From assembly GCA_046757665.1 (NCBI GenBank), contig JBHHYO010000033.1, forward strand, positions 1-28,877: DNA of 28,877 bases, given 5' to 3'. Below, piece after piece: positions 9,980-19,218 of the stretch. The notes under the pieces were generated by a model. It ran no database searches and was not told the DNA's origin. It saw only the letters and a list, made by a program, of their open reading frames with translations. The translations under genes and the position numbers were made by a program. The DNA is from Nitrospinales bacterium. GTDB taxonomy: Bacteria > Nitrospinota > Nitrospinia > Nitrospinales > JAJDAT01. How positions within the stretch are numbered: position 1 is the first letter of the stretch; the number at the start of each line of letters is the position of its first letter.

Positions 9980-10270
9980 ATGGAATTTTTAGAGTTGTCC
10001 CCATTATTTACGAGCAGGAATATTCCTGTAGCCTTATGGCAAATGGTCGCCGTTGTTATTTTGTATGGCGTCTTTATTTTTGCCGGCCAGTTCAAATGGG
10101 GGGTGATCGTATCCTATTTTCTGGTTGCTTATTTGATTTTCGGTAGCGACAACCGGATTTTCTGGGTTGATTTGTTTGGCGGCCAGGTTGTGGGCATTTT
10201 TTCCTACGCGGTGATTTGTTTTATCACTGTGAGTGTAGGCATAGCCGGTCTCTTCCGGGGCAGTCATTAG
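9980..10270 (+). CDS. Small hypothetical membrane protein (96 aa, about 3 TM helices)
   Basis: AAGGAG RBS at 9967-9972 before ATG 9980; three hydrophobic stretches. Confidence 0.75.
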   Translation: MEFLELSPLFTSRNIPVALWQMVAVVILYGVFIFAGQFKWGVIVSYFLVAYLIFGSDNRIFWVDLFGGQVVGIFSYAVICFITVSVGIAGLFRGSH

Positions 10271-10276
10271 GCTCAT

Positions 10277-10303
10277 AGGGGTCGGGGGGGGGGTCCCGGC
10301 CCC
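10277..10303 (+). terminator. GC-rich hairpin, possible terminator or REP-like element
   Basis: ggggtcggg...cccggcccc stem just after the stop codon; no immediate U tract. Confidence 0.35.
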
Positions 10304-10378
10304 GCAGGAACAAGAAAGGTTTACTTTTTTTCTGCCGATTCTGTATTCTAGGGTCGCGTTTTTAAACAACGAGGCAGT

Positions 10379-11074
10379 ATGGTTTTGGAAAAGTATAAAG
10401 CGGTGTTTTTCGATGTTGGCGGCACCCTCATCAGGGTGCATCCTTCCGTCGGTGAAGTGTATGCCCGCCATGCGCGGCCCTTTGGGTTTGCCGGCGCCGC
10501 CGCCGATATTGACCGGCAGTTTGCGGTGGAATGGAACCGGTGCGGCGGGCTGTCGACCCTTGGCGGTTCCGGCGGCGAGGCCGCGGAGAAAGAGTTCTGG
10601 TACGGCATGGTGTCGCGGGTGTTCGACCACTTCGGCGACCTGGGCGATTTTGATACTTATTTCGATATCATTTATGATGCTTTTCGAAGTGGTGAAAACT
10701 GGCGGGTGTACGAGGACGTGTTGGCATCCGACCTCCTGGGAACCTTGAAGCGCCGCGGCGTCGTGCTCGGCGTGATCTCCAACTGGGACTCCCGCCTGTT
10801 TGGCATCCTGGAAAACATGGGCCTGGCCCGGCATTTCGATTTCATTCTGGCCTCGGCGGTAGTGGGGTCGGCCAAACCGGACAAAAAAATATTCAGCGAA
10901 GCCCTGCGAAAAAGCGGCGTCACTCCCGAGCAGGCTTGCCACATCGGCGACGACTGGCACAGCGACTGCCTGGGAGCGCGCAATTCGGGAATAGACACCA
11001 TCCTGATAGACCGCAAGGGCCGGTGGGGAGACGAGGCCGCTCCCAAGGTGCGGTCCTTCCTGGAGCTGGTCTGA
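10379..11074 (+). CDS. HAD-superfamily hydrolase (HAD-IA, REG-2/HDHD3-like)
   Basis: FFDVGGTL (motif I), ISNWD (II), KPD (III), HIGDD...D (IV). Confidence 0.92.
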   Translation: MVLEKYKAVFFDVGGTLIRVHPSVGEVYARHARPFGFAGAAADIDRQFAVEWNRCGGLSTLGGSGGEAAEKEFWYGMVSRVFDHFGDLGDFDTYFDIIYDAFRSGENWRVYEDVLASDLLGTLKRRGVVLGVISNWDSRLFGILENMGLARHFDFILASAVVGSAKPDKKIFSEALRKSGVTPEQACHIGDDWHSDCLGARNSGIDTILIDRKGRWGDEAAPKVRSFLELV

Positions 11075-11148
11075 CCGGTGGACGGTCATCAGCCGATTAC
11101 CCCTCAATAATAGCTTCAAAAAAGTAAACGTCTTTAAAGGACCTAACG

Positions 11149-11922
11149 ATGGCCCGGAAGAAGCAGGACAAAATATTAGAATTGGCGGAAGAGGTTTTTC
11201 AGAGCCGCAACCGATTAAAAGGCTTCCTGACGTTGTTGTTGAACCGGGTGATGGCGCAGGAGGTGGCGGCTCATGTGGGCGCCGCGCCTCACGAGCGCAA
11301 CGCGCGCCGCCGCCGGGGTTATCGCAACGGAACCAAACCCCGGACCCTGAAAACCCGCGTGGGCAAGCTGAAACTCTCGGTGCCGCAGACGCGCAACTGC
11401 GAGCCGTATCATCCGTCGGTGTTTGTAAAGTGGCGGCGGTACGAGCGGGACTTGCTGGTGGCGTGCGCGGAGATGTATTTTCAGGGAGTCTCGACACCCC
11501 GGGTGCAGGGCGTGCTGGAGCAACTGTGCGGACCCCATGTTTCGCCAATGACGGCAAGCCGCGTGGCGTCCGAGTTGGATAAAAAATTGAAAACGTTCCG
11601 GAATCGACGCCTAACCGGTCATATTTATCCCTACCTGATGATCGACGCCCGTTATGAAAAAGTCCGCGTCGACGGGCACGTGGTGAGCCAGGCGGAATTG
11701 GTCGTCACGGGTTTCAATGAATTGGGCCACCGCGAGATTCTCGACTGGCGTGTGGGCGACAGCGAGTCGGAGGAAACCTGGGACCATTTGTTTCGGGACA
11801 TCAAGGAGCGCGGCCTTGCGGGAGTCCGGCTGATCGTCAGCGACGCGCACCACGGCATCATCGCGGCGATGAACCGGCATTTTCAGGGCGTGCACCTGGC
11901 GGAGGTTCCAGAGGTGTTTTAA
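11149..11922 (+). pseudogene. Truncated IS256-family (Mutator) transposase
   Basis: GYRNG, KTRVG.L.L.VP..R, EMYFQGVST, YLMIDARYEKVR, G.REIL, GL.GV.LIVSDAH motifs. It stops at 257 aa, where the WQRCxxH motif should be, so the third catalytic Glu is missing; no terminal inverted repeats seen. Confidence 0.85.
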
Positions 11923-12091
11923 ACATCGGAATCGAAAATCTTCTTCTTGAAAACCACGTGCGGGCTCGTTAGTATAGTTTTAACAGGCGTGCGTTTTAAA
12001 ACGAAATGGGTAGCTCCCGGCCTCGGCCAACGTTTTGAACAAGGGGCTATCCTTTTTGTTTGCCGGTATTGCATTTTCCGGGTGGTGCCCA

Positions 12092-12814
12092 ATGACTTCC
12101 AAAATTCTCCTGGTCGAAGACAATGCAATGAACCGGGACATGCTCCTCCGGCGCCTGCAACGCAAGGGCTATCAAGTCGTGGCCGCCGAGGATGGCGTGC
12201 AGGGGGTTTCCAAAGCCCTGGCGGAAACGCCGGAACTGATCCTGATGGACATGAGCCTGCCGGAGATGGACGGCTGGGAAGCGGCGCGCCAGTTGAAAGC
12301 CCATCCGAAAACTCAATTCATTCCCATTTTGGGCCTTTCCGCCCACGCCATGGTCGGCGACCGGGAGAAGGCCATGAACGCGGGCTGTGACGACTACGAC
12401 ACCAAACCGGTGGAGTTCGAGCGTCTGCTCGACAAGATTTCCACCTTGATGGACAAGGAGCGGCCCATGCCGGACACGCAGATCATCAACAAACAAGCCG
12501 CTCTGGCGCTGGTTGACGGCGACGAGGAATTGTTTCTGGAAATCGCCCGGGTGTTTCTGGACGAGGCGCGTGAGTATGCGGATCAACTACGAACCGCCCT
12601 CGACGCGCAAAACGCCGAGGAGGTGGAGCGGTACGCCCACACGTTGAAGGGAACGGCCGCCAATATCTGCGCCGCGCCCTTCAAGAACGCGGCGTTGGAC
12701 ATCGAACGCGCCGCCGCAAACAAGGATTTGCACCTTGCCGTCAGGCTCCACGCACGGTTCGAACGGGAATTCCAAAGACTGATCGCCCGGTTAGCGGCAA
12801 TCGGCGTGTCCTGA
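12092..12814 (+). CDS. Response regulator receiver (DivK/CheY-like) fused to an Hpt domain
   Basis: LLVEDN, ILMDMSLP (phospho-Asp), KP motif; C-terminal DGDEELF...AHTLKGTAANI (Hpt His). Confidence 0.9.
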   Translation: MTSKILLVEDNAMNRDMLLRRLQRKGYQVVAAEDGVQGVSKALAETPELILMDMSLPEMDGWEAARQLKAHPKTQFIPILGLSAHAMVGDREKAMNAGCDDYDTKPVEFERLLDKISTLMDKERPMPDTQIINKQAALALVDGDEELFLEIARVFLDEAREYADQLRTALDAQNAEEVERYAHTLKGTAANICAAPFKNAALDIERAAANKDLHLAVRLHARFEREFQRLIARLAAIGVS

Positions 12815-12852
12815 CGATCCGCAACAAGAAAAATTTTTGGCCATCAAAACGC

Positions 12853-12882
12853 TTGATCGGCTCGCCCCAAATGGAGTATATT
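12853..12882 (+). promoter_or_regulatory. Putative sigma70 promoter of rpsT
   Basis: TTGATC-18 nt-TATATT upstream of the GAGGAGG RBS. Confidence 0.45.
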
Positions 12883-12923
12883 AGCCGGTAATCATCCGTT
12901 ACCCTTAAGAGGAGGCTCGACAC

Positions 12924-13196
12924 TTGGCAAACCACAAATCGGCGATGAAACGCAATCGCCAGACCATCAAGAAAAACGCAAGGAACAATACCTGCCGCAC
13001 CCTGTTGAAGTCCGCTACGAAAAAAGTGCTGGCGGAAGTAAAGAATCAGGATAAGAAGAAAGCCGAGGAAACCCTCCGGCTGGCAACCAAAACGATCTCC
13101 AAGATCGCCAGCAAGGGAGTGATTCACAAACGCACGGCGTCACGCAAGATTTCCAACCTTTCCCGATTGGTTCACCGCCTCGCCTCCACGGGTTGA
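12924..13196 (+). CDS. rpsT: 30S ribosomal protein S20
   Basis: MANHKSAMKRNRQ...SKGVIHKRTASRKISNL; TTG start after GAGGAGG. Confidence 0.97.
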   Translation: MANHKSAMKRNRQTIKKNARNNTCRTLLKSATKKVLAEVKNQDKKKAEETLRLATKTISKIASKGVIHKRTASRKISNLSRLVHRLASTG

Positions 13197-14186
13197 ACAC
13201 AGATTCAGGATCAGGAATTCCAAAACCCGTTCCGGGCTTTTGCCGGTGGTTTTCAGTTCCCGGTCGGCCCGGAAGAGGCTGTCAAACGCGCGGCGCAGGT
13301 CCGCACGGCTGAAGTGCGCCGCGGCTCCCGCCGCCTTGTCCACCAGAAAAGGCCTTGTCCCCATCGTCTCGGCGATCCGCGGCCGCGGCATTCCGCGTTT
13401 CAGGTGATGCTTGACTTCCCAGATGAGCCGGAACTGCCAGGCGACCGCGCCGAAGATTTTTAACGGCTCCTCGCCATGGGCCATCTGGTTGCGGAGCAGG
13501 CGGAGCGCCCCGGCGGCGTCTTTCTTTTTCAGGGCGTCGGTGAGGCTGAACACGCTTTCCAGCTTGGCGCATCCGACCAGCGCCCCGGCCATGGCTTCGT
13601 CGATGTTTTTTTTCTCGCCGGCGAAGGTGGTTATTTTTTCCAATTCGGCGGCCAGAAGGCCCGGCCTGGCTCCCACCCGGTTCACCATCAGTTGCGCCGC
13701 GTCACGAGACAGGTTGTATCCCCGCGCGGCGGCCCGCTCCTTCACCCACGACACGAGCGGCCCTTCCCTGGGCGCGGCGCAGTTCACCGCGGTTTTCAAT
13801 CCGGTCAACGCCTTGTCCAGCTTTCTCTTCCGGTCCACCTTGTCGGCGGTGATCACCAGGCACGTGTCGGGAGAGGGATTGCCGAGATAGTCCAGCAGAA
13901 TTTGCGCGGCGGCTTTGTCCGGCGCGGCCTCGTGCAGGTTGCGGACGACCACGAGTTTTTGTCCGCCCATGAATGAAAGCGTTTGCGCCGCGCCAATCCA
14001 GTCCGCCGCGCCGGTGGCCTTGGCGTCAAACACTTCCAGGTTGAACTCCCGGTTGTCGGCGGTGATCAGGCGGCGCGTCAGCGCGGCCAGAATCTCGTTC
14101 TGGTAAAACCGTTCCTCGCCATACAGAAAATAGACGGACTGCGGCGCGGCCGTCCCGATTTTGCGTATCAACTCGTCGGCGGTCAC
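13140..14186 (-). CDS. holA: DNA polymerase III subunit delta
   Basis: VYFLYGEE.F, FN...D, T.SFMG..KLVVV, ELEK, VF.LTDA, D..LKT; conserved leuS-lptE-holA order. Confidence 0.93.
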   Translation of the reverse strand: MTADELIRKIGTAAPQSVYFLYGEERFYQNEILAALTRRLITADNREFNLEVFDAKATGAADWIGAAQTLSFMGGQKLVVVRNLHEAAPDKAAAQILLDYLGNPSPDTCLVITADKVDRKRKLDKALTGLKTAVNCAAPREGPLVSWVKERAAARGYNLSRDAAQLMVNRVGARPGLLAAELEKITTFAGEKKNIDEAMAGALVGCAKLESVFSLTDALKKKDAAGALRLLRNQMAHGEEPLKIFGAVAWQFRLIWEVKHHLKRGMPRPRIAETMGTRPFLVDKAAGAAAHFSRADLRRAFDSLFRADRELKTTGKSPERVLEFLILNLCSTRGGEAVNQSGKVGNLA

Positions 14187-14202
14187 GGCGGGCTCCGAAG
14201 GT

Positions 14203-14715
14203 TTAAAACTGGTCGATAATCATGCTGACCAACTGGCGTGCCAGGTTCAGGTAGGCCAGTTCCAGCGCATCCAGCCGCGCCGCTTCCGCGTTGACCACGT
14301 TCTGCGGCGCGTCGTAATTCCATTTCGTTTCGATGGACTGCTTGAGGAGGGATTTCTTCTTGACTTGATCGACCACGTCGATATCGACGTTCAGGATGAC
14401 CCAGTACTGTATGGCGACGTCCTGCTTGTTGAAGGCGATGGGGCGGAGTTCGTAATGCGTGAGCGTGCCGTTCAATATCAGGTCGGCCCGGTTCCGGCTC
14501 ACCAGCTTGAGCCGCCCGTCGTTTTGAAATGATTTGCGCACCGCTTCCGTGAGGTTCCGGTGGATCGCCGGTTCGGTCGAGGTGTTCTTGAACACCGGAA
14601 TCGCCAGGCTTTTGATATGGGAAGGCAGTTGACTGGCCGTGCCTACCAGATGGTAACCGCACCCGCCGGCCAGCAACGCGGCGGACAACAAGCTTGCGAA
14701 AAGAAATTTTTTCAT
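14203..14715 (-). CDS. lptE: LPS assembly lipoprotein LptE
   Basis: Lipobox followed by CGYHL, IPVFKN.S.EP; located between leuS and holA. Confidence 0.88.
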   Translation of the reverse strand: MKKFLFASLLSAALLAGGCGYHLVGTASQLPSHIKSLAIPVFKNTSTEPAIHRNLTEAVRKSFQNDGRLKLVSRNRADLILNGTLTHYELRPIAFNKQDVAIQYWVILNVDIDVVDQVKKKSLLKQSIETKWNYDAPQNVVNAEAARLDALELAYLNLARQLVSMIIDQF

Positions 14716-14767
14716 GGGCGGATTTGTCGCAGGGTGCGGGCGGTCGCCGGGACTTCTCGCCGGCCCG

Positions 14768-17272
14768 TCAGGCCCCCACGACGACGTTGACCAGTTTTTT
14801 GGGAACGACGATGATCTTCTTGACCGACTTGCCGCGCGTGTATTCGCCGATTTTGGCGTCCCGGAGCACGAGGGTTTTCAATTCCTCCTCGCCGATATCC
14901 GTGCTTACGGAGAGGCGTTGCCTCACCTTACCATTGACCTGAACGACAATCAACATTTCATCGGCGTGCAGGAGTTCCGCGTCGTATTCCGGCCAGGGTG
15001 TTTGATCGACGCTTTCCTTGCGCCTCAGCAGGCTGTCCATCTCCGCCGCGATGTGCGGCGCGAAGGGAGACAGGACAAGGATCAGCGACTCCACGGCTTC
15101 CCGGACCACCGCCTTGTCGTTTGGCGAGGGTTGCGCGTGGCGGCTCCACCATTCCTTGAAGCCGTAAAGATGATTGACGAATTCCATGATGGCGGCGATG
15201 GCGGTGTTGAACTGCATCCGCCGCTCAATGTCGTCAGTCACTCGTTTGATGGTGAGGTGGGTTCGCCGCCTCAGTTCTTTCAGTTCGCTGGGCAGGTCGG
15301 CGGCGGTGGGTTTGTCCGGCGCGCCCGCGGCCGTTTCCCGAAAGTCATCGACAATCCGCCAAACCCGTTTCAGGAAGCGGAATCCTCCTTCCACTCCCTG
15401 GTCGCTCCACTCCAGGTCCTTGACCGGCGGCGCGGCAAACAGAATGAACAGCCGCGCCGTGTCGGCGCCGTACTTGCCGATGATCTCGTCCGGGTCCACC
15501 ACGTTGCCCTTGGACTTGGACATCTTCGCGCCGTCCTTGATCACCATGCCCTGCGTCAGCAGGCGCGCAAAAGGCTCGGCGCACCGCATCAGTCCCATGT
15601 CTCTCAACACCAGATGAAAGAACCGCGAATACAGAAGGTGCAGGACGGCATGTTCGATGCCGCCGACGTACTGGTCCACCGGCATCCAGTAATCGGCGGC
15701 GTCCGGGTCGAACGGCCCTTCCTCACAGCGTGGCGCGGCGTAGCGGTCGAAATACCACGAGGAACAGATGAACGTGTCCAGGGTGTCCGTTTCCCGGCGC
15801 GCCGCGCGGCCGCACTGCGGGCAGGACGCCTCGACGAACTGTTTCTCGCGGCTGAGCGGCGACTGGCCTCTTTCTCCCAGCTTGGCGTCCAGCGGCAGGA
15901 TGACGGGAAGCTGTTCGTACGGCACGGGAACGATGCCGCAGGCGTCGCAGAAAATGACCGGGATCGGCGTGCCCCAGTAGCGTTGCCGGGACATGCCCCA
16001 GTCGCGCAGGCGGTAGTTGACGGTGGCCTTGCCGATGCCGTTGGACTCCAGATAGTCGCAGACCTTGCGCCGCGCCGCGTCGCCGGACAAACCGTCGAAG
16101 TCGCCCGAGTTCACCATCGCGCCCTCGGCGGTGTAGGCGTCTTCAAGCGTGGCGTCCTCCAGTTTTCGGTCCGGCGGCTGAATCACCACGCGGATGGGCA
16201 GGCCGTATTTTTTGGCGAACTCGAAATCGCGCTGGTCGTGCGCCGGCACCGACATGATGGCGCCGGTGCCGTAATCCATGAGCACGAAATTCGCCGACCA
16301 GACGGGAATGGATTCCCGCGTCATGGGGTTGATGGCGTAGGCGCCGGTGAAGACGCCCGACTTTTCGCCCGTCTCGCTGGTGCGCGAGATTTTGTCTTCC
16401 TTTTTTACGCGGCGGACGAACTCGTCAACGGCGCGCTCCTGCGCCGTGCCGCGGGACAGAGCGTGGGTCAGCGGGTGCTCCGGCGCCAGCACCATGAACG
16501 TCGCGCCGTACAGCGTGTCGGGCCGCGTGGTGAACACCTTGATGACGCCGTCGCCGTCCTTGATAGGGAAATCCACCTCGGCGCCGTAGCTTCTGCCGAT
16601 CCAGTTGGCCTGCATCGTCAGCACCTGCTCCGGCCAGTTTCCCGCAAGCCGTTCGCCGCCCTCAAGGAGCCGGTCGGCATAGGCGGTGATTTTCATGAAC
16701 CAGCCCTCCTGCTCCCTTTGCGTCACCGGGTTGTCGCACCGCCAGCAACGCTCGTCGATGACCTGCTCGTTCGCCAGCACCGTGTTGCAGGAGACGCACC
16801 AGTTCACCGTCGAGTTTTTCCGGTACACCAGGCCGCGCTCCATGAACTTCAGGAACAGCCACTGGTTCCAGCGGTAGTATTGCGGGTGGCAGGTGGCGAT
16901 TTCCCGGTCCCAGTCGTAACTGAACCCCAGCCGCTTGAGTTGCCGGCGCATGGCGCGGATGTTGTCCAGCGTCCATTGCGCCGGATGCGTCTTGTTCAGG
17001 ATGGCGGCGTTCTCCGCCGGCAGGCCGAAGGCGTCCCAGCCGATGGGGTGCAGTACGTTGAACCCGCGCATCCGCTTGAACCGCGCCAGCGCGTCGCCGA
17101 TGGTGTAGTTGCGTACGTGCCCCATGTGAATGTTGCCGGAGGGGTAGGGGAACATCTCCAGCAGGTAATACTTTTTGCGCGACGGATCCTCGTGAACCCT
17201 GAAGGATTTGTTCTGCTCCCAGCGCTCCTGCCATCTGGCCTCGATCGTTTTGAAATCGTAGTCTTGCATCAT
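14768..17272 (-). CDS. leuS: Leucine--tRNA ligase
   Basis: MFPYPSG..HMGH (HIGH-like), FTTRPDT editing domain, RLRDW..SRQRYWG, KMSKS; start placed at MMQDY (17272, or 17269). Confidence 0.98.
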   Translation of the reverse strand: MMQDYDFKTIEARWQERWEQNKSFRVHEDPSRKKYYLLEMFPYPSGNIHMGHVRNYTIGDALARFKRMRGFNVLHPIGWDAFGLPAENAAILNKTHPAQWTLDNIRAMRRQLKRLGFSYDWDREIATCHPQYYRWNQWLFLKFMERGLVYRKNSTVNWCVSCNTVLANEQVIDERCWRCDNPVTQREQEGWFMKITAYADRLLEGGERLAGNWPEQVLTMQANWIGRSYGAEVDFPIKDGDGVIKVFTTRPDTLYGATFMVLAPEHPLTHALSRGTAQERAVDEFVRRVKKEDKISRTSETGEKSGVFTGAYAINPMTRESIPVWSANFVLMDYGTGAIMSVPAHDQRDFEFAKKYGLPIRVVIQPPDRKLEDATLEDAYTAEGAMVNSGDFDGLSGDAARRKVCDYLESNGIGKATVNYRLRDWGMSRQRYWGTPIPVIFCDACGIVPVPYEQLPVILPLDAKLGERGQSPLSREKQFVEASCPQCGRAARRETDTLDTFICSSWYFDRYAAPRCEEGPFDPDAADYWMPVDQYVGGIEHAVLHLLYSRFFHLVLRDMGLMRCAEPFARLLTQGMVIKDGAKMSKSKGNVVDPDEIIGKYGADTARLFILFAAPPVKDLEWSDQGVEGGFRFLKRVWRIVDDFRETAAGAPDKPTAADLPSELKELRRRTHLTIKRVTDDIERRMQFNTAIAAIMEFVNHLYGFKEWWSRHAQPSPNDKAVVREAVESLILVLSPFAPHIAAEMDSLLRRKESVDQTPWPEYDAELLHADEMLIVVQVNGKVRQRLSVSTDIGEEELKTLVLRDAKIGEYTRGKSVKKIIVVPKKLVNVVVGA

Positions 17273-17392
17273 CACCCGAAAAATAGTTGCGCCGTGAACC
17301 TTCGAGTATAAAGAATGTCGCAATGCGCCACAATTAAAAAGCGTCCAATGACGGCCAGGGAGCGCATATCATTCTATATCGAGTATCAGGAG

Positions 17393-17456
17393 ATGATATA
17401 ATCCGGCGTGGGTCGAGCAAGAGGCCGTCAACGTCGATATAATTGATTATCATTAG
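17393..17456 (+). pseudogene. Remnant of higB (RelE-family) toxin gene
   Basis: 17409-17456 reads WVEQEAVNVDIIDYH*, like the typical HigB C-terminus (W....A.DVEI.DYH*), immediately before higA; the rest of the gene is absent. Confidence 0.7.
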
Positions 17457-17467
17457 GAGAAAAAACC

Positions 17468-17767
17468 ATGTTGCCCAGGAATCGTCCTCCCACTCATCCG
17501 GGAGAAATGCTGTTGAAGGAATTTTTGGAACCCTTGGGGATCCCGCAAACCGAACTGGCGCGGCACTTGCGATGGTCCTACGCCCGCTTGAATGAAATCA
17601 TTAACGGCCGCCGGGGGGTCTCCGCCGATTCCGCCATCTCCCTGGGAGAGGCACTGGGTACGGGGCCGGAACTCTGGTTGAATTTGCAACGCGACTGGGA
17701 TCTCTGGCATGGTTTGCGCCGTCACCGGCGCGTATCCCCTCTGAAAAAAGCGGTTGCTGTCCGCTAA
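17468..17767 (+). CDS. higA: HigA/VapI-family antitoxin (XRE HTH)
   Basis: PPTHPGEML..EFL.PLGI.Q..LA......RLNEIING.RGVS.D.A..L...LGT..E.WLNLQ..WDL; AGGAG RBS. Confidence 0.92.
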   Translation: MLPRNRPPTHPGEMLLKEFLEPLGIPQTELARHLRWSYARLNEIINGRRGVSADSAISLGEALGTGPELWLNLQRDWDLWHGLRRHRRVSPLKKAVAVR

Positions 17768-17781
17768 CCTTCCACAGATCC

Positions 17782-19218
17782 ATGATCGAGTCGTCCGGCC
17801 TCATTATAACGGTGTTCTGTTTGTACTTCGCGTTCATGGTGGGGCTGGGCTGGTTTGCGTCGCGGGTGACGCGCTCGCCCGCCGATTTTTTTCTCGCCAA
17901 CCGCAACCTGAAATCCTGGGTGACGGCGATCTCCTCGACCGCCAGTTCGGAAAGCGCCTGGGCGGTGCTGGGCACGGTGGGGCTGGCCTACAAGGACGGC
18001 CTGGCGGCCGCATGGTTCCTGCCCGGCTGTCTGCTGGGCTACGCCGTCAACTGGTTTTTCGTGGCGGAAAAACTACGCCGCCTCTCGCGCGAAAACCGTT
18101 CCCTGACCCTGCCCGATTACCTGGAATCATATTTCCAGGACCGCACGCAGACGCTCAGAATCCTCTCCGTCGCCATCATTTTCGCCTGCATGATGGCCTA
18201 CGTCGCCGCGCAACTCACGGCGGTGGGCAAAACGTTCGACGCGGTGTTCGGCGTTCCCCATTACCTCAGCATCCCGGTGGGCGGGGTGATCATCATCCTC
18301 TATACCATGATGGGCGGGTTTCTGGCGGTGGCGTGGACGGATTTCGTTCAGGGCCTGATCATGGTGGTGGGACTGGCCGTGCTGGCCCTGGCCGCCGTGG
18401 CGAGCCTGGGCGGATTCGACGGCATGATTCGGCAGGTGAACGAGGCCTCGCCGGAGGTTCTCAGCCTGATGGGCGGCAAGACCACCGCCGGCTTTTTCGG
18501 CTCCGCCATCGGATTGCTCGGCATCGGCCTGGGCTACCCCGGCCAGCCGCACGTGCTCACCCGTTACATGGCGGCGAAAGAAACGAAAACGATTCGCAAC
18601 GGCACCTGGATCGCCCTGGGGTGGGGTTTGACGATTTATGCTTCCGCCATCCTGCTGGGGATTTGCGGCCGCGCCATCCTGCCGGGCTTGCCGGACCCGG
18701 AGCACCTGTTCCCGCGCGCCGCGCAAATGCTCCTGCCCGCGCCGGTGACGGCCATCGTGCTGACCGGCGTGCTGGCCGCCATCATGTCCACCGTCTCGGC
18801 GCAACTCATCGTCGCCGCCTCCGCCGTGGCGCATGACGTGTACTGCAAAATGCTGAGCCGGTATCCGACGCACGAAACCATCTTGCGCATCAGCCGCCTG
18901 ACGGTGGTGGTGCTGGGCGTCGGCGCCATCCTGATCGCCCTGACCAACGTGCGCGTCATTTTCTGGTTCGTGTTGTTTGCCTGGTCGGGGCTGGGCGCGG
19001 CGTTTGGGCCGGTGATCCTGTTCACCCTGTACAGCCGCCGCGTCACGCGCCAGGGCGCCGCCGCCGGAATGATTACCGGATTCGCCACCACCGTGTTGTG
19101 GAAAGTCACCGGCCTGTCGGACAGCGTCATCTACGAACTCGTGCCGGCGTTTTTACTCGCCTCGCTTGCCGTCGTTGCCGTCAGCCGCATGACCGGGGAG
19201 GACAACGCTCGGCGATGA
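17782..19218 (+). CDS. Sodium:solute symporter, PutP-like (SSS family)
   Basis: DFFLA.R, TLPDYL, YT..GGF.AV.WTDFVQG, GLGYPGQPHVL.RYMA, AAIMST, AWSGLGAAFGP; substrate not certain. Confidence 0.9.
   Translation: MIESSGLIITVFCLYFAFMVGLGWFASRVTRSPADFFLANRNLKSWVTAISSTASSESAWAVLGTVGLAYKDGLAAAWFLPGCLLGYAVNWFFVAEKLRRLSRENRSLTLPDYLESYFQDRTQTLRILSVAIIFACMMAYVAAQLTAVGKTFDAVFGVPHYLSIPVGGVIIILYTMMGGFLAVAWTDFVQGLIMVVGLAVLALAAVASLGGFDGMIRQVNEASPEVLSLMGGKTTAGFFGSAIGLLGIGLGYPGQPHVLTRYMAAKETKTIRNGTWIALGWGLTIYASAILLGICGRAILPGLPDPEHLFPRAAQMLLPAPVTAIVLTGVLAAIMSTVSAQLIVAASAVAHDVYCKMLSRYPTHETILRISRLTVVVLGVGAILIALTNVRVIFWFVLFAWSGLGAAFGPVILFTLYSRRVTRQGAAAGMITGFATTVLWKVTGLSDSVIYELVPAFLLASLAVVAVSRMTGEDNARR

Noticed and set aside
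10034-11557. 507-aa minus-strand ORF
   Set aside because: Spans three plus-strand genes in antisense; low-complexity translation.
14714-17311. 865-aa plus-strand ORF
   Set aside because: Antisense shadow of leuS.
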